From assembly GCA_009885735.1 (NCBI GenBank), contig VFKD01000043.1, forward strand, positions 1 through 57,505: a DNA stretch of 57,505 nt. Reading direction: 5' to 3'. Of the stretch, positions 43,953-52,371 are shown piece after piece; position 1 is the first letter of the stretch; each line of letters begins with the position of its first letter. The notes under the pieces were generated by a model. It was given only the letters and a program-made list of their open reading frames with translations, did no database searches and was not told the origin of the DNA. Source of the stretch: a bacterium. GTDB lineage: Bacteria > Armatimonadota > Chthonomonadetes > Chthonomonadales > CAJBBX01. Made by a program: the position numbers and the translations under genes.

Positions 43953-44600
43953 GTAGGTTTCGCAGAGTTGAGACCGAGCACTGTAATCCCAGGCGATCGA
44001 CGGGTTGAACCTCCAATTCGAAGCAACCCATCGGCAAAACTCTGCAAACTGCCTTAGCCTGGTCACCGCATTGACCAATCCCTGTTTCGCAAGTGTGTCT
44101 AGCAACTGGTCGATGGTCTGCGGCGGGTTCGTGAGGTCGAGCCGCTGTCTACGAACTACCGCACATACCGTCTCCTCATCCTCATCGAGTAGCTGCCGAA
44201 CGAGATCATCCGGATGCACAGCGCGGATGCCGTGGCCGCTCAGCACTGTATCCGGAAAGTCGCGGAGGTTTACGGTGACGATGACTTCGGCGCGAGCTTC
44301 AATTGCTGCGGCGGCAACGTGCCGATCATCCGCATCCGGAAGCACGATGGAGGAGATGTGCCGCTCGTAGCCGATCACGACGCTGCCAAGGATGTGCTCG
44401 TTCATCAAGTCGCGCGTGCGCTCCAGGCGCTCGCGGCTAAGGTCGGGACGCGACTCAAGTACGCTGCGGATCCACTCCTCGTGTATCTCGTCAGTCCATC
44501 GCGCCTGAACGAGTCCCGCGCCGGCAAGCCGAACAAGCAAGTCCCTGAGTGGCGCCGGATACAGGACGCAAGAGTCGTAGAGCGCGATGCGGCGGGGCAA
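43821..44600 (-). CDS. PIN-domain toxin (3' end runs into the repeat element)
   Basis: IALYDSCVLY (first acidic residue), LPDADDRHVAAAA and IVTVNLRDF motifs. The last 45 or so codons (..GCMTFGRNRQKATGRDDCTGAERGRPARHG..) are encoded by repeat copy 43857..43952. Confidence 0.78.
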   Translation of the reverse strand: MPRRIALYDSCVLYPAPLRDLLVRLAGAGLVQARWTDEIHEEWIRSVLESRPDLSRERLERTRDLMNEHILGSVVIGYERHISSIVLPDADDRHVAAAAIEARAEVIVTVNLRDFPDTVLSGHGIRAVHPDDLVRQLLDEDEETVCAVVRRQRLDLTNPPQTIDQLLDTLAKQGLVNAVTRLRQFAEFCRWVASNWRFNPSIAWDYSARSQLCETYRPGCMTFGRNRQKATGRDDCTGAERGRPARHGSVTRAARSLFR

Positions 44601-44601
44601 C

Positions 44602-45060
44602 TCAGTAGCCCAGCTTCAGCTCTTGCGCTTCCTCGGTCAATTGCCGCATGGCTGCTTCGCGTCCTTCATCAGCCTTCGTCTTGAACGTCATCAAGTCAAC
44701 GAAGCGCACGCGCCGATGGCTTCCAAGTCTCTGGTACGGGATTCGTCCAAGCTCTAGTAGATGGACAAGGAAGGGCCGGGAGACGTTCAGAATCTCAGCC
44801 GCTTCCTGAGTCGTGAGCATCGCATCGGTAGGCACGAGCGTTATCGCATTGCCCTTTGCCATCTCCTTGAGGATGTCGCGCAGCATTCGTACGGCCGAAG
44901 CAGGGAGAGCAAGCGCGGTATTCGGTGAGCCTTCGTCCAAGATCTGAACCCGCAGCTCGTGCGTGACCGAGGACAACGGCTCCAGCGCCAGAGACGTTTC
45001 GGCGGCTAGCTTACGATCCTTCTCGGTCGGCCTAATGGTTCTGGCCTTCAATGTTGGCAT
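44602..45060 (-). CDS. Helix-turn-helix (excisionase/MerR-like) antitoxin partner of the PIN toxin
   Basis: LTTQEAAEILNVSRPFLVHLLELGRIPYQRLGSHRRVRFVDL HTH motif. The ATG at 45060 has GGAGG 8 nt upstream. The stop lies 1 nt from the PIN start. Confidence 0.78.
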   Translation of the reverse strand: MPTLKARTIRPTEKDRKLAAETSLALEPLSSVTHELRVQILDEGSPNTALALPASAVRMLRDILKEMAKGNAITLVPTDAMLTTQEAAEILNVSRPFLVHLLELGRIPYQRLGSHRRVRFVDLMTFKTKADEGREAAMRQLTEEAQELKLGY

Positions 45061-45191
45061 GGTATTGGCCTCCAAGGACATTGTCTCACAGAATCGAACA
45101 GAACGCAACAAACGCACAAATCGAACGGCCAACCAACTCGACAGAACCACTAGCGCTAATCACCGCATGCATGTGCCGTCGGTGTGATTCT

Positions 45192-45545
45192 GCCGGTGCG
45201 GGCGGGACGCCCGCACTCCTTCTCCAGTCCGCGCCTAGGGATTCGTACCGACCTGTTGCCGTTTGCCGTTGCCGGCCGAAGGTCATCCAGCCTGGGCGTT
45301 TACGGCCCAGGACCGGTTGGGCGTTACGATGGCCGGCGGTACGCCAGCGTTCCGCTGACCTCCGCGCCTAGGGATTCGTCCCGACCTGTTGCCGTTTGCC
45401 GTTGCTGGCCGAAGGTCATTCAGCCTGGGCGTTCATGGCCCAGAACTGGTTGGGCGATTCCGTCGCGGGCGTCCTGCCCGCGCTCCGACGCCAGTCCGCG
45501 CAGGCGGACTTCGCAGCTTCAGCCTCGTACTTCAGTGCGAGGCAC
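45192..45545 (+). repeat. Two and a half direct copies of the same ~120-bp element (right flank of the PIN/HTH cassette)
   Basis: Copies at about 45192..45312 and 45313..45445, plus a partial copy at 45446..45545. The tail of the partial copy (gcaggcggacttcgcag..cgtacttcagtgcg) matches the 23811..24203 repeats. Same orientation as the left-flank copies. Confidence 0.8.
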
Positions 45546-45565
45546 GTGTATAGTGCGCGCTGACA

Positions 45566-46465
45566 CTACACGTCTCCAGCCCGAGGGTGCGCCTCGCCAT
45601 AGGCCTGCTGCATGTGCTCGGTGGTGACGTGCGTGTAGATTTGCGTGGTGGCAAGCGATGCATGCCCCAGAAGCTCCTGGACCGCGCGAATGTCCGCTCC
45701 GTTCTGCAGCATGTGGGTTGCGAACGAGTGGCGCAAAACGTGCGGTGTAACATGTAGCCGGTGGCCGACAGAGTCGATGTACTTCTCGATGGTGCGCCGC
45801 ACGCCTCGATCGGAAAGGCGGCTGCCGTACTTATTGAGGAACAGCGCGACCTCCGCCTTGCCATGCGGATTGCGCTCGAGGAGCACACGGCGGCCTTCAG
45901 CAAGATAGGCATCGAGCGCATCAACGGCCATGCGGCCAATCAGCGCCATCCTGTCTCTGCCGCCCTTGCCCCGGCGCACCCGGAGCAGCTCGGACGACAG
46001 GTCCAGATCGCCGACGTCGAGGTGTATCGCTTCGGATGCACGCAGCCCCGCACCATAGAGGACCTCCAGAAGCGCCCTGTCGCGGAGGCCCGCCGGACTC
46101 TTGTCGGGCGCCTCCATCAGTGCCTGAACCTCCTCGCCCCGAAGGAACTTCGGCAGGCGATGCGGCTGCTTAGGCGTCCGAATTCCTCGCATCGGGTCGT
46201 CCGTTCTATATCCGCTGCGCACGAGGAACCGAAAGAAGCTCCGAAGCGCGGCGAGCTTGCGCGCCACGGTGGCGGGCGCATAATCGTTCGGCGCCAGGGT
46301 AGCTAGATAGGCTCGTACGGTGGACCGATCCACCTCCGGTCGCCCTTCGACGAACTCAACAAACGAGGCGAGATCGGACGCATAGGCGCGGACGGTGTGC
46401 TCAGACGCGCCGCGAGCGGCTTCCAGCGAGTGCAGGAATGCATCCGAAGCCTCCGCATAGTTCAT
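45566..46465 (-). CDS. xerC: Tyrosine recombinase XerC/XerD family
   Basis: SEHTVRAYASDL N-terminal SAM-like domain. Catalytic ARH-R-H-R-Y pattern (GLRASE, HVLRHSFATH, LLGHASLATTQIYTHV). The ATG at 46465 overlaps the eamA stop (ATGA). Confidence 0.9.
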   Translation of the reverse strand: MNYAEASDAFLHSLEAARGASEHTVRAYASDLASFVEFVEGRPEVDRSTVRAYLATLAPNDYAPATVARKLAALRSFFRFLVRSGYRTDDPMRGIRTPKQPHRLPKFLRGEEVQALMEAPDKSPAGLRDRALLEVLYGAGLRASEAIHLDVGDLDLSSELLRVRRGKGGRDRMALIGRMAVDALDAYLAEGRRVLLERNPHGKAEVALFLNKYGSRLSDRGVRRTIEKYIDSVGHRLHVTPHVLRHSFATHMLQNGADIRAVQELLGHASLATTQIYTHVTTEHMQQAYGEAHPRAGDV

Positions 46466-47391
46466 GCCGACTGCCTTGTGCCCACTCGATACGCCGACAC
46501 CGCCATCTGAACCGCTGCGAAGACAACGAGCGCGCCGCCTATCCACGTTGAGACAGTGAGCGGCTCACCAAACACGAGCGTGCTCGCCGCGGCGGTGTAG
46601 ACTATCTGCGACAGCATAAGCAGAACCCCTTCCGCCGTGCGCACGTACCGGTAGCCGTAGGTCATCAGGAACTGAGCGCCCATGCTCAGCGCGCCAACCG
46701 CCAAGAGAATCAGCCAACCCATCGGGGTTGGCCACACGGGCGGCTGTGCAATCCAGCCCAGCAGTGCGACAGGTATTCCTACCGCCGAGAAATAGAAGAG
46801 GATGCTCGCCGAGGTTTCTGTTTGCCGGAGGCGCCGGACGGTGGTGATGGAGAGTCCGGCCAGCAGCCCAGACGCCAGCCCCCAAGCGTCACCAGAACGA
46901 AGTGGACCAGACTCCGGCCTGGTGATTAGCACGATGCCGACAACTGCAACCACTATGCCAACTCCTGCGCGGCGGCCAATGCGCTCCTTGAGCAAGATGG
47001 CCGCGAGGACCGGTCCAAAGACCAAAAATGTGTAGTTCAGAATCACCGCGTGGGCCAGCGAGGTGGTCTTGAGGCTCACGAAGAAGGCGAACACCGCGAG
47101 GGCGCCAGTCAGTCCGCGCCACAGAAGCCCGATCCGGTCTTGCCCGAGAAGCCTCGCCTCCTTCACCCAGAGCAGCGGCAGCATCGCAAGGAAACCAAAC
47201 AGAAACCGAAAGAACGTCACCTCCGAAGCGGGTATCGGCGTGCCGACGATTGGCAGGCTGGTCGCCTTGGTGCAGAGAGTCATGAGCGAGAAGAGGACCG
47301 CGCTCAGAAACATCGCGGCGATTGCCGTGCCGCGCCTCGGCATGTCATCCGGTCTGGATGAAAGCGTGATTGGGCTACGGGCATTGGGCAT
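46462..47391 (-). CDS. EamA/DMT-family transporter
   Basis: About 10 TM helices in two duplicated EamA halves. 309 aa. Confidence 0.85.
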   Translation of the reverse strand: MPNARSPITLSSRPDDMPRRGTAIAAMFLSAVLFSLMTLCTKATSLPIVGTPIPASEVTFFRFLFGFLAMLPLLWVKEARLLGQDRIGLLWRGLTGALAVFAFFVSLKTTSLAHAVILNYTFLVFGPVLAAILLKERIGRRAGVGIVVAVVGIVLITRPESGPLRSGDAWGLASGLLAGLSITTVRRLRQTETSASILFYFSAVGIPVALLGWIAQPPVWPTPMGWLILLAVGALSMGAQFLMTYGYRYVRTAEGVLLMLSQIVYTAAASTLVFGEPLTVSTWIGGALVVFAAVQMAVSAYRVGTRQSA

Positions 47392-48569
47392 CAGAAGGGA
47401 TTGACAGGCGTTCCGTTGCGCCTCACCTCGAAGTGCAGATGCGGTCCAGTAGCCAAGCCTGTGCTGCCCACTCGCGCGATCACGTCTCCCTGTTTAACTG
47501 TTTGTCCCTCGGAGACGCCAAGCGACGAGCAGTGACCATAGAGCGTGGTCACTCCCCCGCCATGGTCGATGATCACCGTGTTGCCATAGGCCTTCACATA
47601 TCCCGCCACCACCACCTCTCCTGCCGCGGCCGCCCGAATTCTAGCCCCGTGTCGGGCGCCGATGTCCACGCCAGTATGCAGCCGCGTTCTCCTGAGGATG
47701 GGATGAAATCTCATTCCAAACGGCGAGGTGACAGCTCCCTCGGCAGGCCGGATGAAGGAGCCGCTCCAGACCTGCCTGAGCCTGGCCTGACCGCGAGCGG
47801 TAAGCTGCATAGCCCGAATGCGGGCCTCAATGCTGCTGGAGGCGGCCTCAAGCTCGTCGAGCACTTGCTGCAGCTTCTCCTTGTTGTCGCGAACGTCGGA
47901 AAGCAGCTCCTGCTTGTACTCCACGTCGCCTTCATACTTCTCGGTTCGGTCCTTGAGCTCTTCGCGCGTGTCGCGCAGCTCGGAGAGCCGCCTTTCGAGG
48001 TCCGCATTGTCCTCAGCCAACTGCTTGGCGTCGGTGTCTATTCCTTGAACGAGTTCCACATCGCTCTCCACGACACGGCTCACATAGTAGGACCGCGAGA
48101 GATAGTCCTGCACGCTTCGCGATCGATAGAGGACCTGGATGTAGCTCGTCTTGCCGCGCTGGTAGTTCTCTCTCAGCCGCTGAGCCAGGAGCCCGCGTCG
48201 GCCATTCAGCCTCAATTCTGTGTCGGATATGCGCCTCTCCAAGTGGTTTCGCTCCGCAACGAGCCGACGCATTCGCCGCGTGGCGGACTCGAGGTGGCTC
48301 TCGGTGTCCGTCAGTCTCGCCTGAACGACCTCGACCTCGTCCACGAGCCGCTTCTCCTTGCGGCGAGTGTCTCGCAATCGAGTCTTGGTGGTCTGCATCT
48401 TTGTGCGCACCGATCTAAGATCCTTGCGAAGCTGGGACGAGGACTTGCGCGGCTTGCCAGTCGATTTCGACCGTTGCTTCTGAGCGTCCACCACGCTGGG
48501 AGCAATAGGACCGTATCCAACCAAGGTGACCATTGCCCAAACTGCAAGTGAACCTAGCGTTCGAGGCAC
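47391..48569 (-). CDS. M23 peptidoglycan metalloendopeptidase with a coiled-coil (EnvC-like)
   Basis: Long coiled-coil followed by the C-terminal M23 domain (HTGVDI, GNTVIIDHGGGVTTLYGH, PHLHFEVR). The GTG at 48569 lies 6 nt after the ftsX stop and gives a membrane-anchor N-terminus. Confidence 0.86.
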   Translation of the reverse strand: MPRTLGSLAVWAMVTLVGYGPIAPSVVDAQKQRSKSTGKPRKSSSQLRKDLRSVRTKMQTTKTRLRDTRRKEKRLVDEVEVVQARLTDTESHLESATRRMRRLVAERNHLERRISDTELRLNGRRGLLAQRLRENYQRGKTSYIQVLYRSRSVQDYLSRSYYVSRVVESDVELVQGIDTDAKQLAEDNADLERRLSELRDTREELKDRTEKYEGDVEYKQELLSDVRDNKEKLQQVLDELEAASSSIEARIRAMQLTARGQARLRQVWSGSFIRPAEGAVTSPFGMRFHPILRRTRLHTGVDIGARHGARIRAAAAGEVVVAGYVKAYGNTVIIDHGGGVTTLYGHCSSLGVSEGQTVKQGDVIARVGSTGLATGPHLHFEVRRNGTPVNPF

Positions 48570-48574
48570 TCCCG

Positions 48575-49480
48575 CTACACTCTCCGAAGATAGCGACGAA
48601 TCGAGAGCGTGCTGCTTACCCATCCCATCGCGGCCCCGGCTGCCAGCAACAGCCCTACAATGACAGACGGGCTCATAGCCGCAGGCATTGTAAACGCAAA
48701 GGGCGTCTGGAGTCGCCCTGCGAACTGCGAGACCTGGCGAATGACGAGAAGAACCAAACCACATGCAATTATCGAACCGGCCAGACCACAGAAGACACCC
48801 TCGATGACGAGTGGCATCCGGATGAAGCCGGACGACGCTCCCACAAGCTGCATCACTCGGATCTCTCTGCGCCGAGCAAAGATCGTGAGGCGAATGGTGT
48901 TTTGTATCACAAATGCGGTTGCGAGAAACAACAGCAGCGCGACTGCCATCCCTACATTGCGAATAAGCCGAGTGGTTGCTAGGAGCTTGTCCAGGGTCTC
49001 GCGATCGTCTCGCACATGCTCGATTGCCGGAAACTTATCCTTGTCGCGCAAAATGGCGGCAACCCGCCGAGTAGCCTTGGGATCCGAAAGCTGTACATCC
49101 AGCCGGTCCGGCAGAGGATTGGCGCCAACAAGCGCATCGGTGATGCGGGTGCCGGCCTTGTGATCTTCGTCCATCATCTGCCTCAATGCAGCTTCTCGGG
49201 GCACCAGGCTAACCCGATAGACGCCTGGGATTCGCTGAACCTTGGCCTTAAGCTGCGCTGCTTTGGACCGAGAGGTCTCCATCGTAACGAATGCCGCAAT
49301 CTCAAACTGGCGCGGCTGGGCATCCATGAACTGCTGCACGCGGTGAAGCAGAAACACGGCGCTGCCGAGCACGGCCATCGCGACGGCGACCGTCGTGATG
49401 GAAGCAGCCGACATAAGTCCGTTCCTTCGGACGTTGCGCGAGGCCTCCTCTATCAGGAAGCCGAAGCTAGAGAGGCTCAT
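48575..49480 (-). CDS. ftsX: Cell division permease-like protein FtsX
   Basis: FLIEEASRNVRRNGLMSAASI N-terminus, a periplasmic loop and three C-terminal TM helices. Overlaps ftsE by 14 nt. Confidence 0.9.
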   Translation of the reverse strand: MSLSSFGFLIEEASRNVRRNGLMSAASITTVAVAMAVLGSAVFLLHRVQQFMDAQPRQFEIAAFVTMETSRSKAAQLKAKVQRIPGVYRVSLVPREAALRQMMDEDHKAGTRITDALVGANPLPDRLDVQLSDPKATRRVAAILRDKDKFPAIEHVRDDRETLDKLLATTRLIRNVGMAVALLLFLATAFVIQNTIRLTIFARRREIRVMQLVGASSGFIRMPLVIEGVFCGLAGSIIACGLVLLVIRQVSQFAGRLQTPFAFTMPAAMSPSVIVGLLLAAGAAMGWVSSTLSIRRYLRRV

Positions 49481-50186
49481 GCACGCCTGCCATCGCACAC
49501 TCGCCGGATGGCAGGTATACGCCATCCGCTTCGTCACGCACCTTCCGTCCGTAGGCCATCTCCACCACGCGCCTGCGAAGTTCATCTACAATCAGCTTGT
49601 CGTGAGTGGCCACCATCACCGTGGTTCCGCGCTTATTGGCTGCATCAAGGATCTGCGCAATCACGAGTGAGGTGTCTGGATCCAGGTTCCCCGTGGGCTC
49701 GTCGGCCAGCAGGATGGGCGGATCGTTCACAAGCGCACGGGCGATGGCCACGCGCTGCTGCTCGCCTCCCGAGAGCTGGGATGGATAGGCATCGCACCGA
49801 CGCATCATTCCCACCATCTCGAGCACGGCGGGAACTCTTCGACGCACTTCACGACGACCTATGCCGAGAACGCGAAGGGCAAATGCTACGTTCTCGAAGA
49901 CGGTTCGGGTGGGCAGCAGTTCATAATCCTGGAACACAACGCCCATCTTTCGACGCAGTTCTGGAACCTTTCTAGGGTCCATCGCGCCGACGTCCACGCC
50001 ATCTACTTTCACACTCCCGGATGTGACCTGCTCCGCGCGATAGAGCACCTTGAGAAGAGTTGACTTGCCGGCGCCCGTAGGTCCAATTACGAAGACAAAC
50101 TCACCGCTTTGAACTTGCAGCGACAGGTCCGCAACCGCAGCGCGATTGGAATCGTACTCAACTCGCAGGTTCTGGATATCGATCAT
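49467..50186 (-). CDS. ftsE: Cell division ATP-binding protein FtsE
   Basis: Walker [10 protein letters not shown], signature LSGGEQQRV and Walker [13 protein letters not shown]. Start at [11 protein letters not shown]. Confidence 0.93.
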   Translation of the reverse strand: MIDIQNLRVEYDSNRAAVADLSLQVQSGEFVFVIGPTGAGKSTLLKVLYRAEQVTSGSVKVDGVDVGAMDPRKVPELRRKMGVVFQDYELLPTRTVFENVAFALRVLGIGRREVRRRVPAVLEMVGMMRRCDAYPSQLSGGEQQRVAIARALVNDPPILLADEPTGNLDPDTSLVIAQILDAANKRGTTVMVATHDKLIVDELRRRVVEMAYGRKVRDEADGVYLPSGECAMAGVHEPL

Positions 50187-50249
50187 CGGCGTTCGCACTC
50201 TGTCCCTACGCGCATTTAAGCACCTGCTCCTCCGTGTGTCAACCCGGCG

Positions 50250-50279
50250 TTGACACCACTTTCGGGCCTGTGGTATGTT
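50250..50279 (+). promoter_or_regulatory. Candidate greA promoter
   Basis: TTGACA (50250..50255), an 18-nt spacer and TATGTT (50274..50279), with an extended TGG immediately upstream of the -10 box. Confidence 0.5.
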
Positions 50280-50366
50280 ACTCAGACGCAAGACCTCTCG
50301 CACCGTGCCAAGCAGAGCAGCCCCGCGGACGGCGGTCACCCACAATCGAAGGAGCGATTCCGCCGA

Positions 50367-50843
50367 ATGCCAGACGAAATAATCCTGACCGAGAGCAGCT
50401 ACAAGAAGCTCCAGGATGATCTAGAGCACATGAAGACGGTGAAACGTGCAGAGCTGTCGGAGGCGCTGCGGAAGGCCAGAGGCTATGGCGACCTCTCCGA
50501 GAACTTCGAGTATCACGCGGCTCGTCGCGACCAGGGTCTTCTCAATGGGCGGATCCTGGACATAGAGCGCACACTCGAGCTTGCGATAGTTGTTTCAGAC
50601 AGTGGACGCGGCACGGATGTGGTCGGCCTGGGCTGTATCATCATGGTGCGAGAACACGAAACTGCAGAGGAGTGGGAATACACCCTGGTGGACCCGGTTC
50701 AGGCCGATCCGGTTAACGACCGCATCTCCATCTCGTCCCCAGTAGGGCAGGCGCTCTATGGGCTGGCCGTGGGCGAGATCGTCGAAGTGATGATACCAGC
50801 CGGCGCTGCCCGCTACGAGGTTTTAGGCATTCGCCGGGAGTAA
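50367..50843 (+). CDS. greA: Transcription elongation factor GreA
   Basis: LTESSYKKLQDDLEHMK and GDLSENFEYHAAR motifs. GAAGGAG Shine-Dalgarno sequence upstream. 158 aa. Confidence 0.93.
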   Translation: MPDEIILTESSYKKLQDDLEHMKTVKRAELSEALRKARGYGDLSENFEYHAARRDQGLLNGRILDIERTLELAIVVSDSGRGTDVVGLGCIIMVREHETAEEWEYTLVDPVQADPVNDRISISSPVGQALYGLAVGEIVEVMIPAGAARYEVLGIRRE

Positions 50844-50864
50844 AGAGCCTGTGCAAATGAAGAA

Positions 50865-50939
50865 GCATAAGCGCCGATAGGCGGGGAGCGCCTGGGCAGC
50901 GACCCAGGGCGGCTGCTCCCAGCAGCACGGCGCTTATGC
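50865..50939 (+). terminator. Long nested hairpin downstream of greA
   Basis: The outer stem is gcataagcgccg (50865..50876) / cggcgcttatgc (50928..50939). The inner pairings are gggagc/gctccc and cctggg/cccagg. There is no U-tract. Confidence 0.4.
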
Positions 50940-51064
50940 GGTGGTGAGTGTTTGCTCTCCTAGATTACTAGTATGCAGGCGGCGTGCCAACTGTTCCCAA
51001 TCGTCATATTATCAGTGAATTATCATGCCCTGGTCAACCAAACGTCCTAATTCCCGAGGTTCCG

Positions 51065-51391
51065 ATGAGCACCAGCAGGCCGGACCCACTTACCGAGCTT
51101 ATCAAGATCCTGCGTGAGCAGCTCCAGCAGAAGGACGAGCGGATTGAGCGCCTCGAGATGCTCCTGCGGCAAGCAAACGCCTCCTCTGCTTCTGCGGTGA
51201 AGCCGATGCTAGCCTCGCAACCAGCGCTGAGACTCGCCAAAGCCGCGCCTGCTCTAAAAGCAGACGATCCAGAGCCAATCCCGGAAGTTCCACAGGGACG
51301 GGAACCCACGGCGAAGTTCGGCAAGGACCAGCTCCGCCTCCAGCATGCCATGCTGGAACGACGAAAGCGAAAGTGGGGATACTCGGAGTAG
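51065..51391 (+). CDS. Hypothetical coiled-coil protein
   Basis: MSTSRPDPLTELIKILREQLQQKDERIERLEMLLRQ, then Ala/Pro-rich, with a basic C-terminus. No family recognised. Confidence 0.4.
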   Translation: MSTSRPDPLTELIKILREQLQQKDERIERLEMLLRQANASSASAVKPMLASQPALRLAKAAPALKADDPEPIPEVPQGREPTAKFGKDQLRLQHAMLERRKRKWGYSE

Positions 51392-51453
51392 CATTCAGCC
51401 GGACGGTATGGATGCTTCGGCGTGTCAGTTAACCTTTGCTGAATCAGCCAGGC

Positions 51454-51495
51454 GAAAAAATGGACGGCCGTGAAAGGAGAGGAAACCGGCCGCCC
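51454..51495 (-). terminator. Rho-independent terminator (minus strand)
   Basis: On the minus strand, gggcggccg / cggccgtcc forms a 9-bp stem with a 16-nt loop, followed by ATTTTTT. It lies about 150 nt downstream of the hydrolase stop. Confidence 0.55.
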
Positions 51496-51645
51496 AAGTA
51501 AGGAAGGTGAACTCGAATCCTTCACATTGTCGGCATCCATTGCGATGGGCGCGAGGGTTAGAATTACTGGGTTTTCGGTGCTGCTTGTTAGGCGCTCCAG
51601 AACATGATGGTTGCCGCACGGGGGGTTCGGGCTAAACGCCACCCC

Positions 51646-52356
51646 CTATAGCTCCGCAATCCACCTCCCGACAGCTCCGCGAGCCTTGTCCGGTGCCTCT
51701 AGGTGGCTGCCATCAACCTCCACGACGCTCGCATATGCACCGCAGCGCTCCGCGAGCCTACGAGCAGCAATGGGCGTGGCCAACACATCGCCTCTGGCCG
51801 CTACGAAAAGGCTTGGTACTTCCAGAGCGCCGATGCGAGAAGCAAGTAAATCGAGTTCCAGCACGAAGCTGTGGGCCGGCGTACCGCGGATGTGCCCCGC
51901 GCGCTGAGCAAGCATCGCGGCGCCTATCGGGCTCGAGAATGCAGCCGAGGGCGTGTCTGATACAGTGATCGCGACGACGCCGCGAATTCGCTCTTCGCTT
52001 CCCGCCAGCACGAGGGCAGCAAGTCCGCCCATCGAATGACCGACTACCAGCGGAGCCTCGTCCTGCATCGCTTTGCGGACATACTCGACTGCAGCGCGGA
52101 GATCATCCACAACGCACTCTGCCGAGCATAGCTCACCATCGCTATCGCCCAGAGTGTGTCCCCGAAAGTCGTACGACAGCGCTCGATGCCCCTTCCCCGC
52201 CAGGTAGCTCGCAGGGAGGTCCATGCTTGCCTTAGAGGCCGTGAAACCATGAGCCAGTACGACAGGGGGTCGTGTCACGCCAGTGGGCGGCGAGTAGACT
52301 AGTCCTGCAAGAGACCTGCCCGCACCGATGGGAATTCGAACCCGTTCAATCCTCAC
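51646..52356 (-). CDS. Alpha/beta hydrolase
   Basis: VLAHGF and the GHSMGG nucleophile elbow. 236 aa. Confidence 0.8.
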   Translation of the reverse strand: MRIERVRIPIGAGRSLAGLVYSPPTGVTRPPVVLAHGFTASKASMDLPASYLAGKGHRALSYDFRGHTLGDSDGELCSAECVVDDLRAAVEYVRKAMQDEAPLVVGHSMGGLAALVLAGSEERIRGVVAITVSDTPSAAFSSPIGAAMLAQRAGHIRGTPAHSFVLELDLLASRIGALEVPSLFVAARGDVLATPIAARRLAERCGAYASVVEVDGSHLEAPDKARGAVGRWIAEL

Positions 52357-52371
52357 GATATTCGACTTTGA

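Noticed and set aside
43560-46465. Integron-like reading: a tyrosine recombinase next to a repeat-flanked toxin-antitoxin cassette (attC-like repeats).
   Set aside because: The recombinase is about 300 aa with ordinary XerC/XerD features. It is translationally coupled to the upstream eamA/ftsEX operon. Its 3' end, not its 5' end, faces the cassette. The repeats are ~120-bp direct copies occurring in tandem and elsewhere in the window, unlike single attC sites following each cassette.
51500-51535. tRNA-like T-arm (gaaggtgaactcgaatccttc).
   Set aside because: The loop is 11 nt rather than 7. There is no GTTCRANNC consensus, and no acceptor, D or anticodon arms could be built around it.
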